Shown one piece after another: positions 25,167 to 33,203 of a stretch of 64,000 nucleotides of DNA. This stretch comes from Deltaproteobacteria bacterium (GTDB lineage Bacteria > Myxococcota_A > UBA9160 > JAJDAL01): NCBI GenBank assembly GCA_029261875.1, contig JAJDAL010000034.1, forward strand, positions 85,066-149,065, read 5' to 3'. The notes beneath the pieces were generated by a model that saw only the letters and a list, made by a program, of their open reading frames with translations, was not told the DNA's origin and did not search any database. The position numbers and the translations under genes were made by a program. The first letter of the stretch is position 1; the number at the start of each line of letters is the position of its first letter.

Positions 25167-25543
25167 TGTCGGAGTTCATTTCTCGCTGGGCGACCTGGCG
25201 AGGTAGTCTCCAAACTACAAACGTTCCAGCGTGGGCACCCGCAAAACCTGCAAAAGAATGTTTTGAGGGTTTTGAGGGGCTCAATTCAGCCTCGGATTTG
25301 CTTACAGCGGCCTCCATCGTCGAAATCCGGCGGGACGTATCAGCTGTTCGTTTCCAGAGCAACGACTTCGACAGCTACTGGGTAGTCCGCGACGAAGATG
25401 CAGCGGCCAAGGTCGCCGCCGAAGGAAATGGCCTCCCGGTGTTTACTTTCGAGGAAGTCGCCAAGCTCCACGGAAAGTCACCGGAAATGCTGCGAGCCGT
25501 GCTCAACACCAAGGCCACGTTCCCGACGGCGAGGGTGCTGTAG
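25163..25543 (+). CDS. Hypothetical protein
   Basis: ATGA overlap with the primase stop. 126 aa. No family recognised. Confidence 0.55.
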   Translation: MMSEFISRWATWRGSLQTTNVPAWAPAKPAKECFEGFEGLNSASDLLTAASIVEIRRDVSAVRFQSNDFDSYWVVRDEDAAAKVAAEGNGLPVFTFEEVAKLHGKSPEMLRAVLNTKATFPTARVL

Positions 25544-25731
25544 TGAACGACCTCCGAGAGGCTCTACGGGCCACGATAGAGGCAGCCGACGACCTTCGCG
25601 CGCGACGCGACGCGTTGCGCACCGCGATCGAAGCGGGTAATACGGACGAGATCGTTCGGTCTGCCCGGCGACTACTGGGGTTGACTTATGGAGAGCCTGC
25701 GAAACGCCATCGCCCTGATCCGAGTCTCTAG
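25543..25731 (+). CDS. Small helical protein preceding and overlapping recombinase 1
   Basis: GTG start in a TAGTG overlap. LREALRATIEAADDLRARRDALRTAIEAGNTDEIVRSARRLLG has a paralog at 33009..33203 in the same position relative to recombinase 2. Confidence 0.45.
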   Translation: MNDLREALRATIEAADDLRARRDALRTAIEAGNTDEIVRSARRLLGLTYGEPAKRHRPDPSL

Positions 25732-27214
25732 CGACGCCCAGGCTGGGCCCGACAGACAGGGCCTCGGCGTGCAGCGCACGACCTGTGAGCAGGTGGCGGC
25801 CACCAACGACCTCAACATCATCGAGTGGGTCGAACTCGAAGGCGTCTCGGGCGCCGCCGTACTCGCAGACAGCCGATTCTCCGAATTGCTCCGGAGGCTT
25901 CAGTCCCCGCGGATCGATGCCGTGATCGTGGCCGCCTTCGACCGACTCTTTCGACGTGGTCGATTCTCGGATTACGCAATCCTCGACGCATTCGCCGAAA
26001 CTGGAACTCGGCTCTTCTCCAGCGATGGAGAGTTAGATCTCGCCGCGGAAAGCGGTGGGTTGCTCGGCGTCATCCGTGGTGAGCTAGCTGGCATGGAGCG
26101 GCGGCGGATCATCGAACGAACTACAGCGGGAAGGCGGCGCAAGCGCCGGATGAAGGGCGTTAGGGCAGAGGGACCCGTAGGCATGCCCCGGGGCGTTCAG
26201 TTCGACTACGACACAGAAAAGTGGAAATACGTGTGGCCCGAGGCCGAGAAGGTGCGCGAGGCGTTCCGACTGTTCCTCGCTGGGGTACACAACCTTCGCG
26301 AGATCCATCGACGCACGGGAATCGGGAGCCACAAGGATGCCTCGGCGTCCGTCGGTCGGGTTCTCCGCCAGCCTCTCTATATGGGGATCTATCGCGTTGA
26401 CCGCACCTGGGAGGGAAAGCGTGCGCATCCATTGCCCCCCGAGGAGATTCAGGAGCACGAAGTACTCAATCCCCCGTTGGTCCCGCGCAATCAGTGGGAG
26501 GAAGTCCAGCGGATCCTCGCGGCCCGCCACGCCAGCCGCCCTCCGCGGCGTGACCCCGAAACGCTCGGGGCGACCTATACCGGAAATTTGACCTGCGCTG
26601 CCTGCGGCAAACGAGTCCTAACGGCGCGCGACTCGCGCGAGTACACGGCATACGCCTGCCCGCGGAAGCGCGACCGCTGTGGCGCCGTGCACGTTTCGAC
26701 GCGTCTCGCGGATCCGGTGCTTGATGCCGAACTCGAACGCATCCTCGGTGATTTCGACACGCTCTCGTTGATCTTGGAAGCCAGCCAGAACGAGGAAGTG
26801 CGGGACGCAAGCCCGAGTGCGCGGGAGATCGGTCGGCGCTTGACTCATGTCGAGAACCGGCGGCAGCGAACGATCGAGTCCTACATCGAGGGTGTGATCA
26901 CCCGGGAGGAGCGCGACAAGCTGATCACCTCCATCTCGAACGAGAAGGCTGGACTCGAAGCCCTGATGTCCGCCGAAGACGAAATCGAGCTACCTGAAGG
27001 CTTCGTGGACGACGTGGTCATGGTCTTCGCCTCGTGGCGAGATCTCTCGCGAGAACGCAAGCGTGAGCTTCTGCGTGCGTACCAAGTTGAGATCGTTGTC
27101 GAGAAACGCGGCGCGCGCAAACGTTCCTGGCTCCATGTCGATCGGATTCGGCTCGGACTATTGCCTGCTCATGTGTGGCTGTACAAGAAGATGAAACGGT
27201 TGGGAATCGAGTGA
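25688..27214 (+). CDS. Large serine recombinase 1
   Basis: IALIRVSSDAQ catalytic Ser context, VAAFDRLFRR and GELAGMERRRIIERTTAGRR. Recombinase domain, Cys pairs CAACGKR..YACPRKRDRCG and a coiled-coil C-part. Confidence 0.92.
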   Translation: MESLRNAIALIRVSSDAQAGPDRQGLGVQRTTCEQVAATNDLNIIEWVELEGVSGAAVLADSRFSELLRRLQSPRIDAVIVAAFDRLFRRGRFSDYAILDAFAETGTRLFSSDGELDLAAESGGLLGVIRGELAGMERRRIIERTTAGRRRKRRMKGVRAEGPVGMPRGVQFDYDTEKWKYVWPEAEKVREAFRLFLAGVHNLREIHRRTGIGSHKDASASVGRVLRQPLYMGIYRVDRTWEGKRAHPLPPEEIQEHEVLNPPLVPRNQWEEVQRILAARHASRPPRRDPETLGATYTGNLTCAACGKRVLTARDSREYTAYACPRKRDRCGAVHVSTRLADPVLDAELERILGDFDTLSLILEASQNEEVRDASPSAREIGRRLTHVENRRQRTIESYIEGVITREERDKLITSISNEKAGLEALMSAEDEIELPEGFVDDVVMVFASWRDLSRERKRELLRAYQVEIVVEKRGARKRSWLHVDRIRLGLLPAHVWLYKKMKRLGIE

Positions 27215-27413
27215 ACTTCTCGGGAGTTGGTGCGGAAAGGTCTTGAATCACCACGGACGACTTGCTGGCAAGGATGCGCTTTCGCTGACGCTCTTTAGCA
27301 AGCCTCCTAGCCCTCGAATCGCTGCCGACGATCTTGTGGACGCGAAGAAGCGTTGGAGCTGAGTCTGGGTTGCGTTCCCCAAGCGACGTCCCGAGGCTTT
27401 ACAATTCAGGCGC

Positions 27414-28265
27414 CTACTCGGGGCAAGTGCTCCACTCCCAGCCGCAGTGACCGCTGTCATCACACACGCAGGCTCCGGGGCCGGAGAAACGGATGCCGTC
27501 TGCACAACTCGTAACGGGCGCACCGGGTGCTGGACCGCAAGGGCCCAGGTTCGAAACCGGTCCAGGACAGGTCAACCATTCCCAGCCACAATCGCCGCTG
27601 TCGGAACAAATGCATTCGCCAGGGCCGGAAACGTTCACGCCATCCGGGCACGTCATAATCGGCGCACCGGGTGCTGGCCCGCAAGGGCCAAAATTCGATT
27701 GCGGCCACACGATGTGATTGGCAAAGCCGTGGATGAGCGACTGGATCTTGCGCAGTCGCACATTGTCGGTGCTCGACAGGAAGGAAAAGGTATTGGCACG
27801 CTGGATGTAGCGGGATCGCGCGGACGCGCGCGAGTGCTTCGGTCGGAAAAATGTCATCGTCACGACCCGTGAATCCGTGTTCCAGTTGCGCGGGTTGACG
27901 AGGTCGCCGCCGAAGCGAAGCGCCCGGGCCCGAACAAGGGCTTCCTGAAGCGCCTGGACGTCCTGGCGCGAGACTTGCCCAATGCGGGTCGATGACGTCC
28001 CCGAGCCTTCCGTAAGGTAATCCGGCCCGGACAGGACCAAGCTCGGCGCCTCGGATTCGGTTACGAGGCCGTCGCTGTACACGGTCAGGATCGTCTGGGC
28101 GGTGGCGGGGTAGTTGTTCCCACTCATGTGGACGATCAGGGCGGGTGTTCGAAGAGTGGCGGCCCGTCGAGAATCGTCAGGCGTTTCCTCCGCACTGGCC
28201 GGGCCAGCGAAGCAAACGAACGCCAGGGTAGTTGTCAGACTCAAAATGGCGGAAATTCTATGCAC
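27414..28265 (-). CDS. Secreted protein with two tandem 6-Cys repeats
   Basis: Leader MHRISAILSLTTTLAFVCFAGPASA. The C-terminal units are NFGPCGPAPGAPIMTCPDGVNVSGPGECICSDSGDCGWEWLTCPGP and NLGPCGPAPGAPVTSCADGIRFSGPGACVCDDSGHCGWEWSTCPE. Confidence 0.75.
   Translation of the reverse strand: MHRISAILSLTTTLAFVCFAGPASAEETPDDSRRAATLRTPALIVHMSGNNYPATAQTILTVYSDGLVTESEAPSLVLSGPDYLTEGSGTSSTRIGQVSRQDVQALQEALVRARALRFGGDLVNPRNWNTDSRVVTMTFFRPKHSRASARSRYIQRANTFSFLSSTDNVRLRKIQSLIHGFANHIVWPQSNFGPCGPAPGAPIMTCPDGVNVSGPGECICSDSGDCGWEWLTCPGPVSNLGPCGPAPGAPVTSCADGIRFSGPGACVCDDSGHCGWEWSTCPE
27417..27695 (-). repeat. Two tandem ~45-48-aa Cys-rich coding repeats
   Basis: Read directly from the translation (aa 191-283). 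Confidence 0.85.
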
Positions 28266-28599
28266 TGTTCTTTCTCCAACGGCGGGTTAGTCTGCATCGA
28301 TCGGCCCAAATTTTTGCCGCGGACCCAACGGCCCCCCGGAAGGTGTGTTCAGCAGACAAGGTTCCGCAAACACATCGCTTACAATAGAAGTATCGAAAAC
28401 GGGTCGAATCAGTTGCGATCGTTCTACAACGATTTGACTGGCACGAATCACGGTTCAGGCGAAAAGTCACGGTGCGAGCAGATCGTTGGCTGACTACTTG
28501 CCGACGTTTGAACCTTTCCCCAGGGGCTCCCAAATCGAAGGGCTTTGCTCGTACTCGGCTTGATTGCGCTGCCGTGGCCGACCGCCTCCGACTTTCCCG

Positions 28600-29352
28600 C
28601 TAGGGCGTCGGTTCCTGAAACTGCGGAAAGCCCGGGTCCTCGGGCGGAAGATGGGTGGCACCCCCCAGAGATGCCTCATCGACGCCGCAGCGGGCGCTCG
28701 AGCAAATCCCCCAACACTGCAAACGGTTCGTCCCCAAAGAGACGCCGCATTGGGTGTTGTTGCCGGCGCGAACCAGGAAAGCGCCCCCAGCCTCGGCTAA
28801 GGAGCTCCCCGCGAGCACATCGCCATATCCCCAGCACACGGCGGAGTCGTCCATGCGAATCACACAGGCGCGAGTCGACGTCGATTCGAGGGACTTCACC
28901 GGCTCTCCCTCGAGGCCGTGCACGGTGACGGGAACGAAGGCCTCGCTCCCGCTCGACGGCACGGAGCTGTTTCCCAAGAGGCCCGAGGAATTGCTACCGC
29001 GACACCAGACGGTTCCATCGAGCATCTGGGCACACATGTGACTCTGGGCCGAATGGATGTCGGCAATTCCATCGGCCACCCAGGTGGCAAAGACGTCGCT
29101 GCTGTAATTACCGTTCACGTCGAGGGTGATGTTTCGATCGCGCCCTCCCCAGCACCACAACGAGTCGTCACTGCGAATCGCACAAATTGTCGCGTTTCCA
29201 AAGCCCGTATCGATTTCGACGACATCCGACAGGAACTCGTTCTCCGAAACCCGGATCTGCGTGGGCACCGGCGAGCAAGGAACGCACGGCCCCGTGACAC
29301 ATTCCACAATCCCCATCGTAAAACAAACGGTCGCGTGCGGACCCGGCGGCAT
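28600..29352 (-). CDS. RCC1-like repeat protein, probably 5'-truncated
   Basis: About 4 blades of the RCC1/BLIP-II pattern (ICAIRSDDSLWCWGG, MCAQMLDGTVWCRGSNSSGLLGN, ACVIRMDDSAVCWGYG, QCGVSLGTNRLQCWG). No signal peptide. The 5' 185 nt overlap the 3' end of the HTTM gene out of frame. Confidence 0.55.
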   Translation of the reverse strand: MPPGPHATVCFTMGIVECVTGPCVPCSPVPTQIRVSENEFLSDVVEIDTGFGNATICAIRSDDSLWCWGGRDRNITLDVNGNYSSDVFATWVADGIADIHSAQSHMCAQMLDGTVWCRGSNSSGLLGNSSVPSSGSEAFVPVTVHGLEGEPVKSLESTSTRACVIRMDDSAVCWGYGDVLAGSSLAEAGGAFLVRAGNNTQCGVSLGTNRLQCWGICSSARCGVDEASLGGATHLPPEDPGFPQFQEPTP

Positions 29353-30202
29353 TGGGAAGCGCTCCTCGGAGCCACCCGGGATTGAAGGTAAAGAGGTGGA
29401 GGATCACCATTCCAAAACTCAGGTCCGCAAAGTCGATCAACGCCAGGAGTCCCAGATGCATCGAAAGCAACGCGAGCCAAAGCCAAGGGCGTGCCCGACG
29501 GAAACACGCCAACGGCGCAAAACTGAGCTCCATGGCGAGAGCGGACCAAGTCATTCCCTGTAACAGCGGCCCTGGCAATGCGAGTAGCCATTCGCGCAAG
29601 AAACTCGGACGCGCCAAGGGATTTTCGAGGACATACCGGATGGCGCTTCCATCGACCCACGACGGACTTACGAGCTTCGTGTAACCGCTATAGGAGTATC
29701 CGAGGGCCATGAGGACCCAAGCACCGACGAAGAGAACTTGCGGAAGTTCCCAACCGCCTCCCGGGTCCGTCCGTCCCCGGGCCTGCCAGGCGCCCCATGG
29801 CGAGCGAGGGATGCAGGCGTGCGCCAGCAGAATCCAGCCCACGTAGGGGAGCGAAGGATTCTGAATCAGCGGGTTTCGATTGAACAAGCACGCCAGCACG
29901 AACCATAGACCGACGGCGGCAACGCGATCCCGGTATCCCGCAGCCAGGCAAAGGCTGAGCCCCGCGCCCGCGCTCAGAAAGGCCGCAACCATGAGTGGAG
30001 AATCCACGTAGGCGAGTGGATTCGGAAATACGCCGAACAACGGACTGCGGGCCGCATCCGCGAGCATGCCTTGATTCGAGAACACCTCGGTGCCATAGGG
30101 GAGGAGCTGCAAGAAGTGGACGAGGAGGTAGCCCCCAAGCACCCAGCGGAAGAGACTGTACTGGCCTCCGGTCCAACCGTTCGTTTCCCGTCGTGATCCC
30201 AT
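29168..30202 (-). CDS. HTTM (vitamin-K-dependent gamma-carboxylase-like) membrane protein fused to the start of a DCC-type thiol-disulfide oxidoreductase domain
   Basis: YSLFRWVLGGYLLVHFLQLLP plus multiple TM helices is typical of HTTM. The C-terminal LFYDGDCGMCHGAVRSLL matches the DCC/DUF393 CxxC motif. The remaining ~40 aa do not resemble DCC. The ATG overlaps the upstream stop by 1 nt. Confidence 0.75.
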   Translation of the reverse strand: MGSRRETNGWTGGQYSLFRWVLGGYLLVHFLQLLPYGTEVFSNQGMLADAARSPLFGVFPNPLAYVDSPLMVAAFLSAGAGLSLCLAAGYRDRVAAVGLWFVLACLFNRNPLIQNPSLPYVGWILLAHACIPRSPWGAWQARGRTDPGGGWELPQVLFVGAWVLMALGYSYSGYTKLVSPSWVDGSAIRYVLENPLARPSFLREWLLALPGPLLQGMTWSALAMELSFAPLACFRRARPWLWLALLSMHLGLLALIDFADLSFGMVILHLFTFNPGWLRGALPNAAGSARDRLFYDGDCGMCHGAVRSLLAGAHADPGFGERVPVGCRRNRYGLWKRDNLCDSQ

Positions 30203-30687
30203 CAGGGGCACCCTACTTCGAGAACCAGGGGTAGATCCGGATGGGTCCCCGCGCGCGGCGCGAGGCGAACACGCAGATTTCTTCGGTCTTCGGCTGGATC
30301 CAGCCCGAGTTCCCTCAGCAGCGGGGCCTCCCCGCACAGGGCGTAGCGGGACACGGATTCGAGCATGGGCTGGGTGGCGGGATCGCTGGCGAGCAGCGGA
30401 GCGTAAGCGAGTACCGCGCCATAGGTGTTCCGACGGTTATAGGGCCCCCGAACGCCCGCGTACATCTCGGAATCCAAAAGTTTGCTTTGCTCTCGACCCT
30501 GGGCGTCCGTCCATTCGAGAAAGAACCGCGAGGAATACGTCTCGAGTCCTCGTGAGGCCGAGAACACCTTGGGCGCCGGCGAAGCGCCCGTCGCTGCACC
30601 GAGCCCGCGGAGCGCGGGCACGCCGAGCACGTCCCCCGCCATTTGCAACAAGCCCAGCCCCAGCAGTGCGAACCCCAAAACTCTCAT
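30202..30687 (-). CDS. Hypothetical exported/membrane protein (161 aa)
   Basis: MRVLGFALLGLGLLQMAGDVLG leader. ATGA overlap with the hydroxylase stop, and its own stop overlaps the HTTM start. The longer listed ORF (to 31107) overlaps the hydroxylase and was trimmed. Confidence 0.55.
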   Translation of the reverse strand: MRVLGFALLGLGLLQMAGDVLGVPALRGLGAATGASPAPKVFSASRGLETYSSRFFLEWTDAQGREQSKLLDSEMYAGVRGPYNRRNTYGAVLAYAPLLASDPATQPMLESVSRYALCGEAPLLRELGLDPAEDRRNLRVRLAPRAGTHPDLPLVLEVGCP

Positions 30688-31400
30688 GCCCGGGTTTCCC
30701 GACCGAGCAAAAGCGCCCCAAGCTGCAGCTCCGCATCCTCCGCGAACCCACAACGCCCATCGAATTTTCGAGGATTGTGAAAAGTCCCGAACAAAATGTC
30801 CCACAGTGGAAGATCGCTGAAGTTGTGCGTGTGCGAGCCTTGTTCGTGATGAACGCAATGGCTCTCCGGGCGCTGGAAGATAAATCCAAGCCAATACGGA
30901 GTCTTCACATTCCAGTGATAGACGAGTTCGGCGACGCCGGTAATCCCCACGCTGATACTCGCCGCGAGGGGGCTCACACCGACCAGCGTGAAGAGGATCG
31001 CGCTGGAAAGTAGGCCGTTCAACGCGATCTCCAGCGGGTGTTTGTAGAAGCTCGTCACAATCTCGAGTCGCTGAGGGCTGTGGTGCACTTGGTGGACGAA
31101 ACGCCAAAGCAGCGGCACCTCATGCCGCCATCGATGCCACCAGTAATAGATGAAGGTGATCGCCAAATAGCCGACGAGAACCTGTGCGTTCAAGCCAAGT
31201 TCGGAACCGTTCCAAAGCCGATGCGTATCGAGAAACGGATCCCACAACTTCCCGACGACGAATACGATTGCCACCTGAAAGCCATTCAGCGCAATCACGC
31301 GCGCCCACCAAGTGGGCACGATCGGCCATTCTCGTGCGGCGCGAAGACGCTCGACGCAAAACATAAGAACCGCAAAAGCGAATACGACCGCAGCAACCAT
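30684..31400 (-). CDS. Fatty acid hydroxylase / sterol desaturase family membrane protein
   Basis: His boxes HRWRH, HQVHH and HCVHH with multiple TM segments. ATG at 31400; a TTG alternative lies at 31469. Confidence 0.85.
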   Translation of the reverse strand: MVAAVVFAFAVLMFCVERLRAAREWPIVPTWWARVIALNGFQVAIVFVVGKLWDPFLDTHRLWNGSELGLNAQVLVGYLAITFIYYWWHRWRHEVPLLWRFVHQVHHSPQRLEIVTSFYKHPLEIALNGLLSSAILFTLVGVSPLAASISVGITGVAELVYHWNVKTPYWLGFIFQRPESHCVHHEQGSHTHNFSDLPLWDILFGTFHNPRKFDGRCGFAEDAELQLGALLLGRETRA

Positions 31401-31651
31401 GGATTCTCCTTCGGACAAGTTCCGTGGAACGGTTAAATGCAGGACCGGTGCCAATCGGACACGATCCAAAAAAGACCTGCACCATCAGACACTTAACGGA
31501 TCAAGCAGGAGCAGCCGCCCACACCCCGCGCCAACATTCTCTGCACGCGACCCTCCAAAGAATGCCCATCCAAAGAGGACTGCAGTCACCGCAGTCGAGG
31601 CGGAATCGCCTAACCTTCCAACCCCCGAGAGCGACGAGGAGGACGCGTCCT

Positions 31652-32095
31652 ATGGCTGATTTTCGAGAGATTCCGTGGATCGCAGAGCACATCGCGCTCT
31701 ACCACACCGACCCCGCCAAAGCGCACATGTGGGATTCCACGCCCCTCGGTGGCCCGGGACTTCTTCCGACGCTTCTCCTCACCACAACGGGTCGCAAGTC
31801 CGGAGAACCGCGCGCACTGCCCCTGATCTACGGTGAAGCGGGCGACAGCTACGTCGTCATTGCATCCAAAGGGGGACTCCCGAATCACCCGATCTGGTAC
31901 CTCAACCTTCAGTCAAAGCCCGAGTGCGAACTGAGGGTCGGCGAGAAAGCAGTCTCCGCCCGAAGTCGCTTGGCCGAGGGAGAAGAGCGAACCCGCCTTT
32001 GGGAAGAAATGGTGAAGATCTATCCGCCCTACACGGAGTATCAAGAGCGAGCCGGCGACCGCACCATTCCCGTGGTGGTTCTCGATCCCGTTTAG
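31652..32095 (+). CDS. Deazaflavin (F420)-dependent nitroreductase-family protein (DUF385)
   Basis: LLLTTTGRKSGEPRALPLIYGEAGDSYVVIASKGGLPNHPIWYLNLQSKPECELRVG..GEERTRLWEEMVKIYPPYTEYQERAGDRTIPVVVLDP fits the family pattern closely. Confidence 0.88.
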   Translation: MADFREIPWIAEHIALYHTDPAKAHMWDSTPLGGPGLLPTLLLTTTGRKSGEPRALPLIYGEAGDSYVVIASKGGLPNHPIWYLNLQSKPECELRVGEKAVSARSRLAEGEERTRLWEEMVKIYPPYTEYQERAGDRTIPVVVLDPV

Positions 32096-32145
32096 TCCAC
32101 TCCCGAACACAACCCCCATGGCTCGAAAGGAGCGCAATGCCCCGC

Positions 32146-32193
32146 CTAAGACAAGTGCCCAAAGACGAGGCCCACCCGACGGCGCAAAGGCCA
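32146..32193 (+). pseudogene. 5' stub (16 codons) of a carboxymuconolactone-decarboxylase-family gene
   Basis: MPRLRQVPKDEAHPTA is identical at protein level to the first 16 aa of 50510..51151, with synonymous nucleotide differences. Similarity stops abruptly after codon 16. Confidence 0.6.
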
Positions 32194-32498
32194 ACAACGC
32201 GCCCATCGTTTCCTTTTTTCCCGATTTGTCGTGCCGACTGCATTCCACAGGTAGGCGAGCCATTCTGGCCACACTCGCCGTTGGTATTCAAGTGGACAGG
32301 TGTTTACGTATGGGGCGCGACGAGGCAAAGAGTCACACGCCACGCGGACTCCCGATTCTTCGACCCACAGGTGGTCCGAAACCCCCGGCGCTCTTAGTCC
32401 CAAGAACCCAGGGAAGTCCGCGAAAAAGAGCGAGGCTTCCGACCGTCATTTCGCGCTCCAAGACCGAACGTTTCTGGGGCATCGAGAGGAGACAGGAT

Positions 32499-32978
32499 AT
32501 GGCGTATGAGAAACGTGAGGGCGCGTCAGATGACACGGCTCAGACTAGGCTGATAAGCAGCCGTAGATCAGGGCACGCCGATCATCTGCGCGATTTTCGG
32601 TGGCAGAAGGGTCAGAGTGGGAATCCGGCCGGCCGACCTAAACGACCGAGCTTTGAAGCGCTGGTGCAGAGTGTGCTCGACCAGAAGCTTCCCGAAAGTG
32701 ACGAGTCCAACCGGGAAACGCTCGCCCGTCTCTTCGTCGGCGAACTGCTGGACGGGAATCGGACGCTTATGCGCGAGTTCTTATTGCGTGTGTGGCCAAT
32801 CGTAAACAAACATAACATCGAGACCACCACCGAAACGGCTGATCGGCCCGACTTGTCAAAACTCAGCAACGAAGAGTTGGTGACTCTAAAGCGGATCTTG
32901 ATGAAAGCGCAGGGATTGCAGCAGCCCGAGCACGAGATCTCAATTGGACAAGGGCAGACCGATGCCCACACGACCTAG
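32499..32978 (+). CDS. DUF5681-like protein
   Basis: FRWQKGQSGNPAGRPKRPS matches the signature of DUF5681, a family seen in phage and mobile elements. Confidence 0.7.
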   Translation: MAYEKREGASDDTAQTRLISSRRSGHADHLRDFRWQKGQSGNPAGRPKRPSFEALVQSVLDQKLPESDESNRETLARLFVGELLDGNRTLMREFLLRVWPIVNKHNIETTTETADRPDLSKLSNEELVTLKRILMKAQGLQQPEHEISIGQGQTDAHTT

Positions 32979-33008
32979 GACTATCAGAAAACTGACGACG
33001 CGGTGAAT

Positions 33009-33203
33009 ATGAACGACGGAATACGCGACGCCTTGCGGAGAACGACTCGAATCGCCGAAGATCGGCGCCGGAAGCTGCGTGAAGCCCTTGAATCCGGTAA
33101 CACCGAAGAGCTTTCAAACGCCGTACGGGCGTTTCTTGGAGATGAGCTTGCCGAACGCGATCGCCCTCATCCGAGTCTCGAGCGAAGCACAAGCCGGGTC
33201 TGA
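33009..33203 (+). CDS. Small helical protein preceding and overlapping recombinase 2
   Basis: IRDALRRTTRIAEDRRRKLREALESGNTEELSNAVRAFLG is a paralog of 25543..25731. Confidence 0.45.
   Translation: MNDGIRDALRRTTRIAEDRRRKLREALESGNTEELSNAVRAFLGDELAERDRPHPSLERSTSRV

Larger units (their letters stand above)
19783..27214. mobile_element. Integrative, probably self-replicating element (regulator, resolvase, AlpA, primase-DUF3987, large serine recombinase); ends not defined
   Basis: Based on gene content. Translational coupling links AlpA, the primase, the hypothetical gene and the small ORF, whose 3' end then overlaps the recombinase start by 44 nt. No att repeats could be identified by eye. The left end could lie anywhere between about 18.6 and 19.8 kb. 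Confidence 0.6.

Noticed and set aside
10914-27214. A complete prophage, suggested by the Bor-like genes, thermonuclease, AlpA, primase and DUF5681.
   Set aside because: No capsid, portal, large terminase, tail or lysis genes are present. The gene content fits an island plus a satellite-like or integrative element instead.
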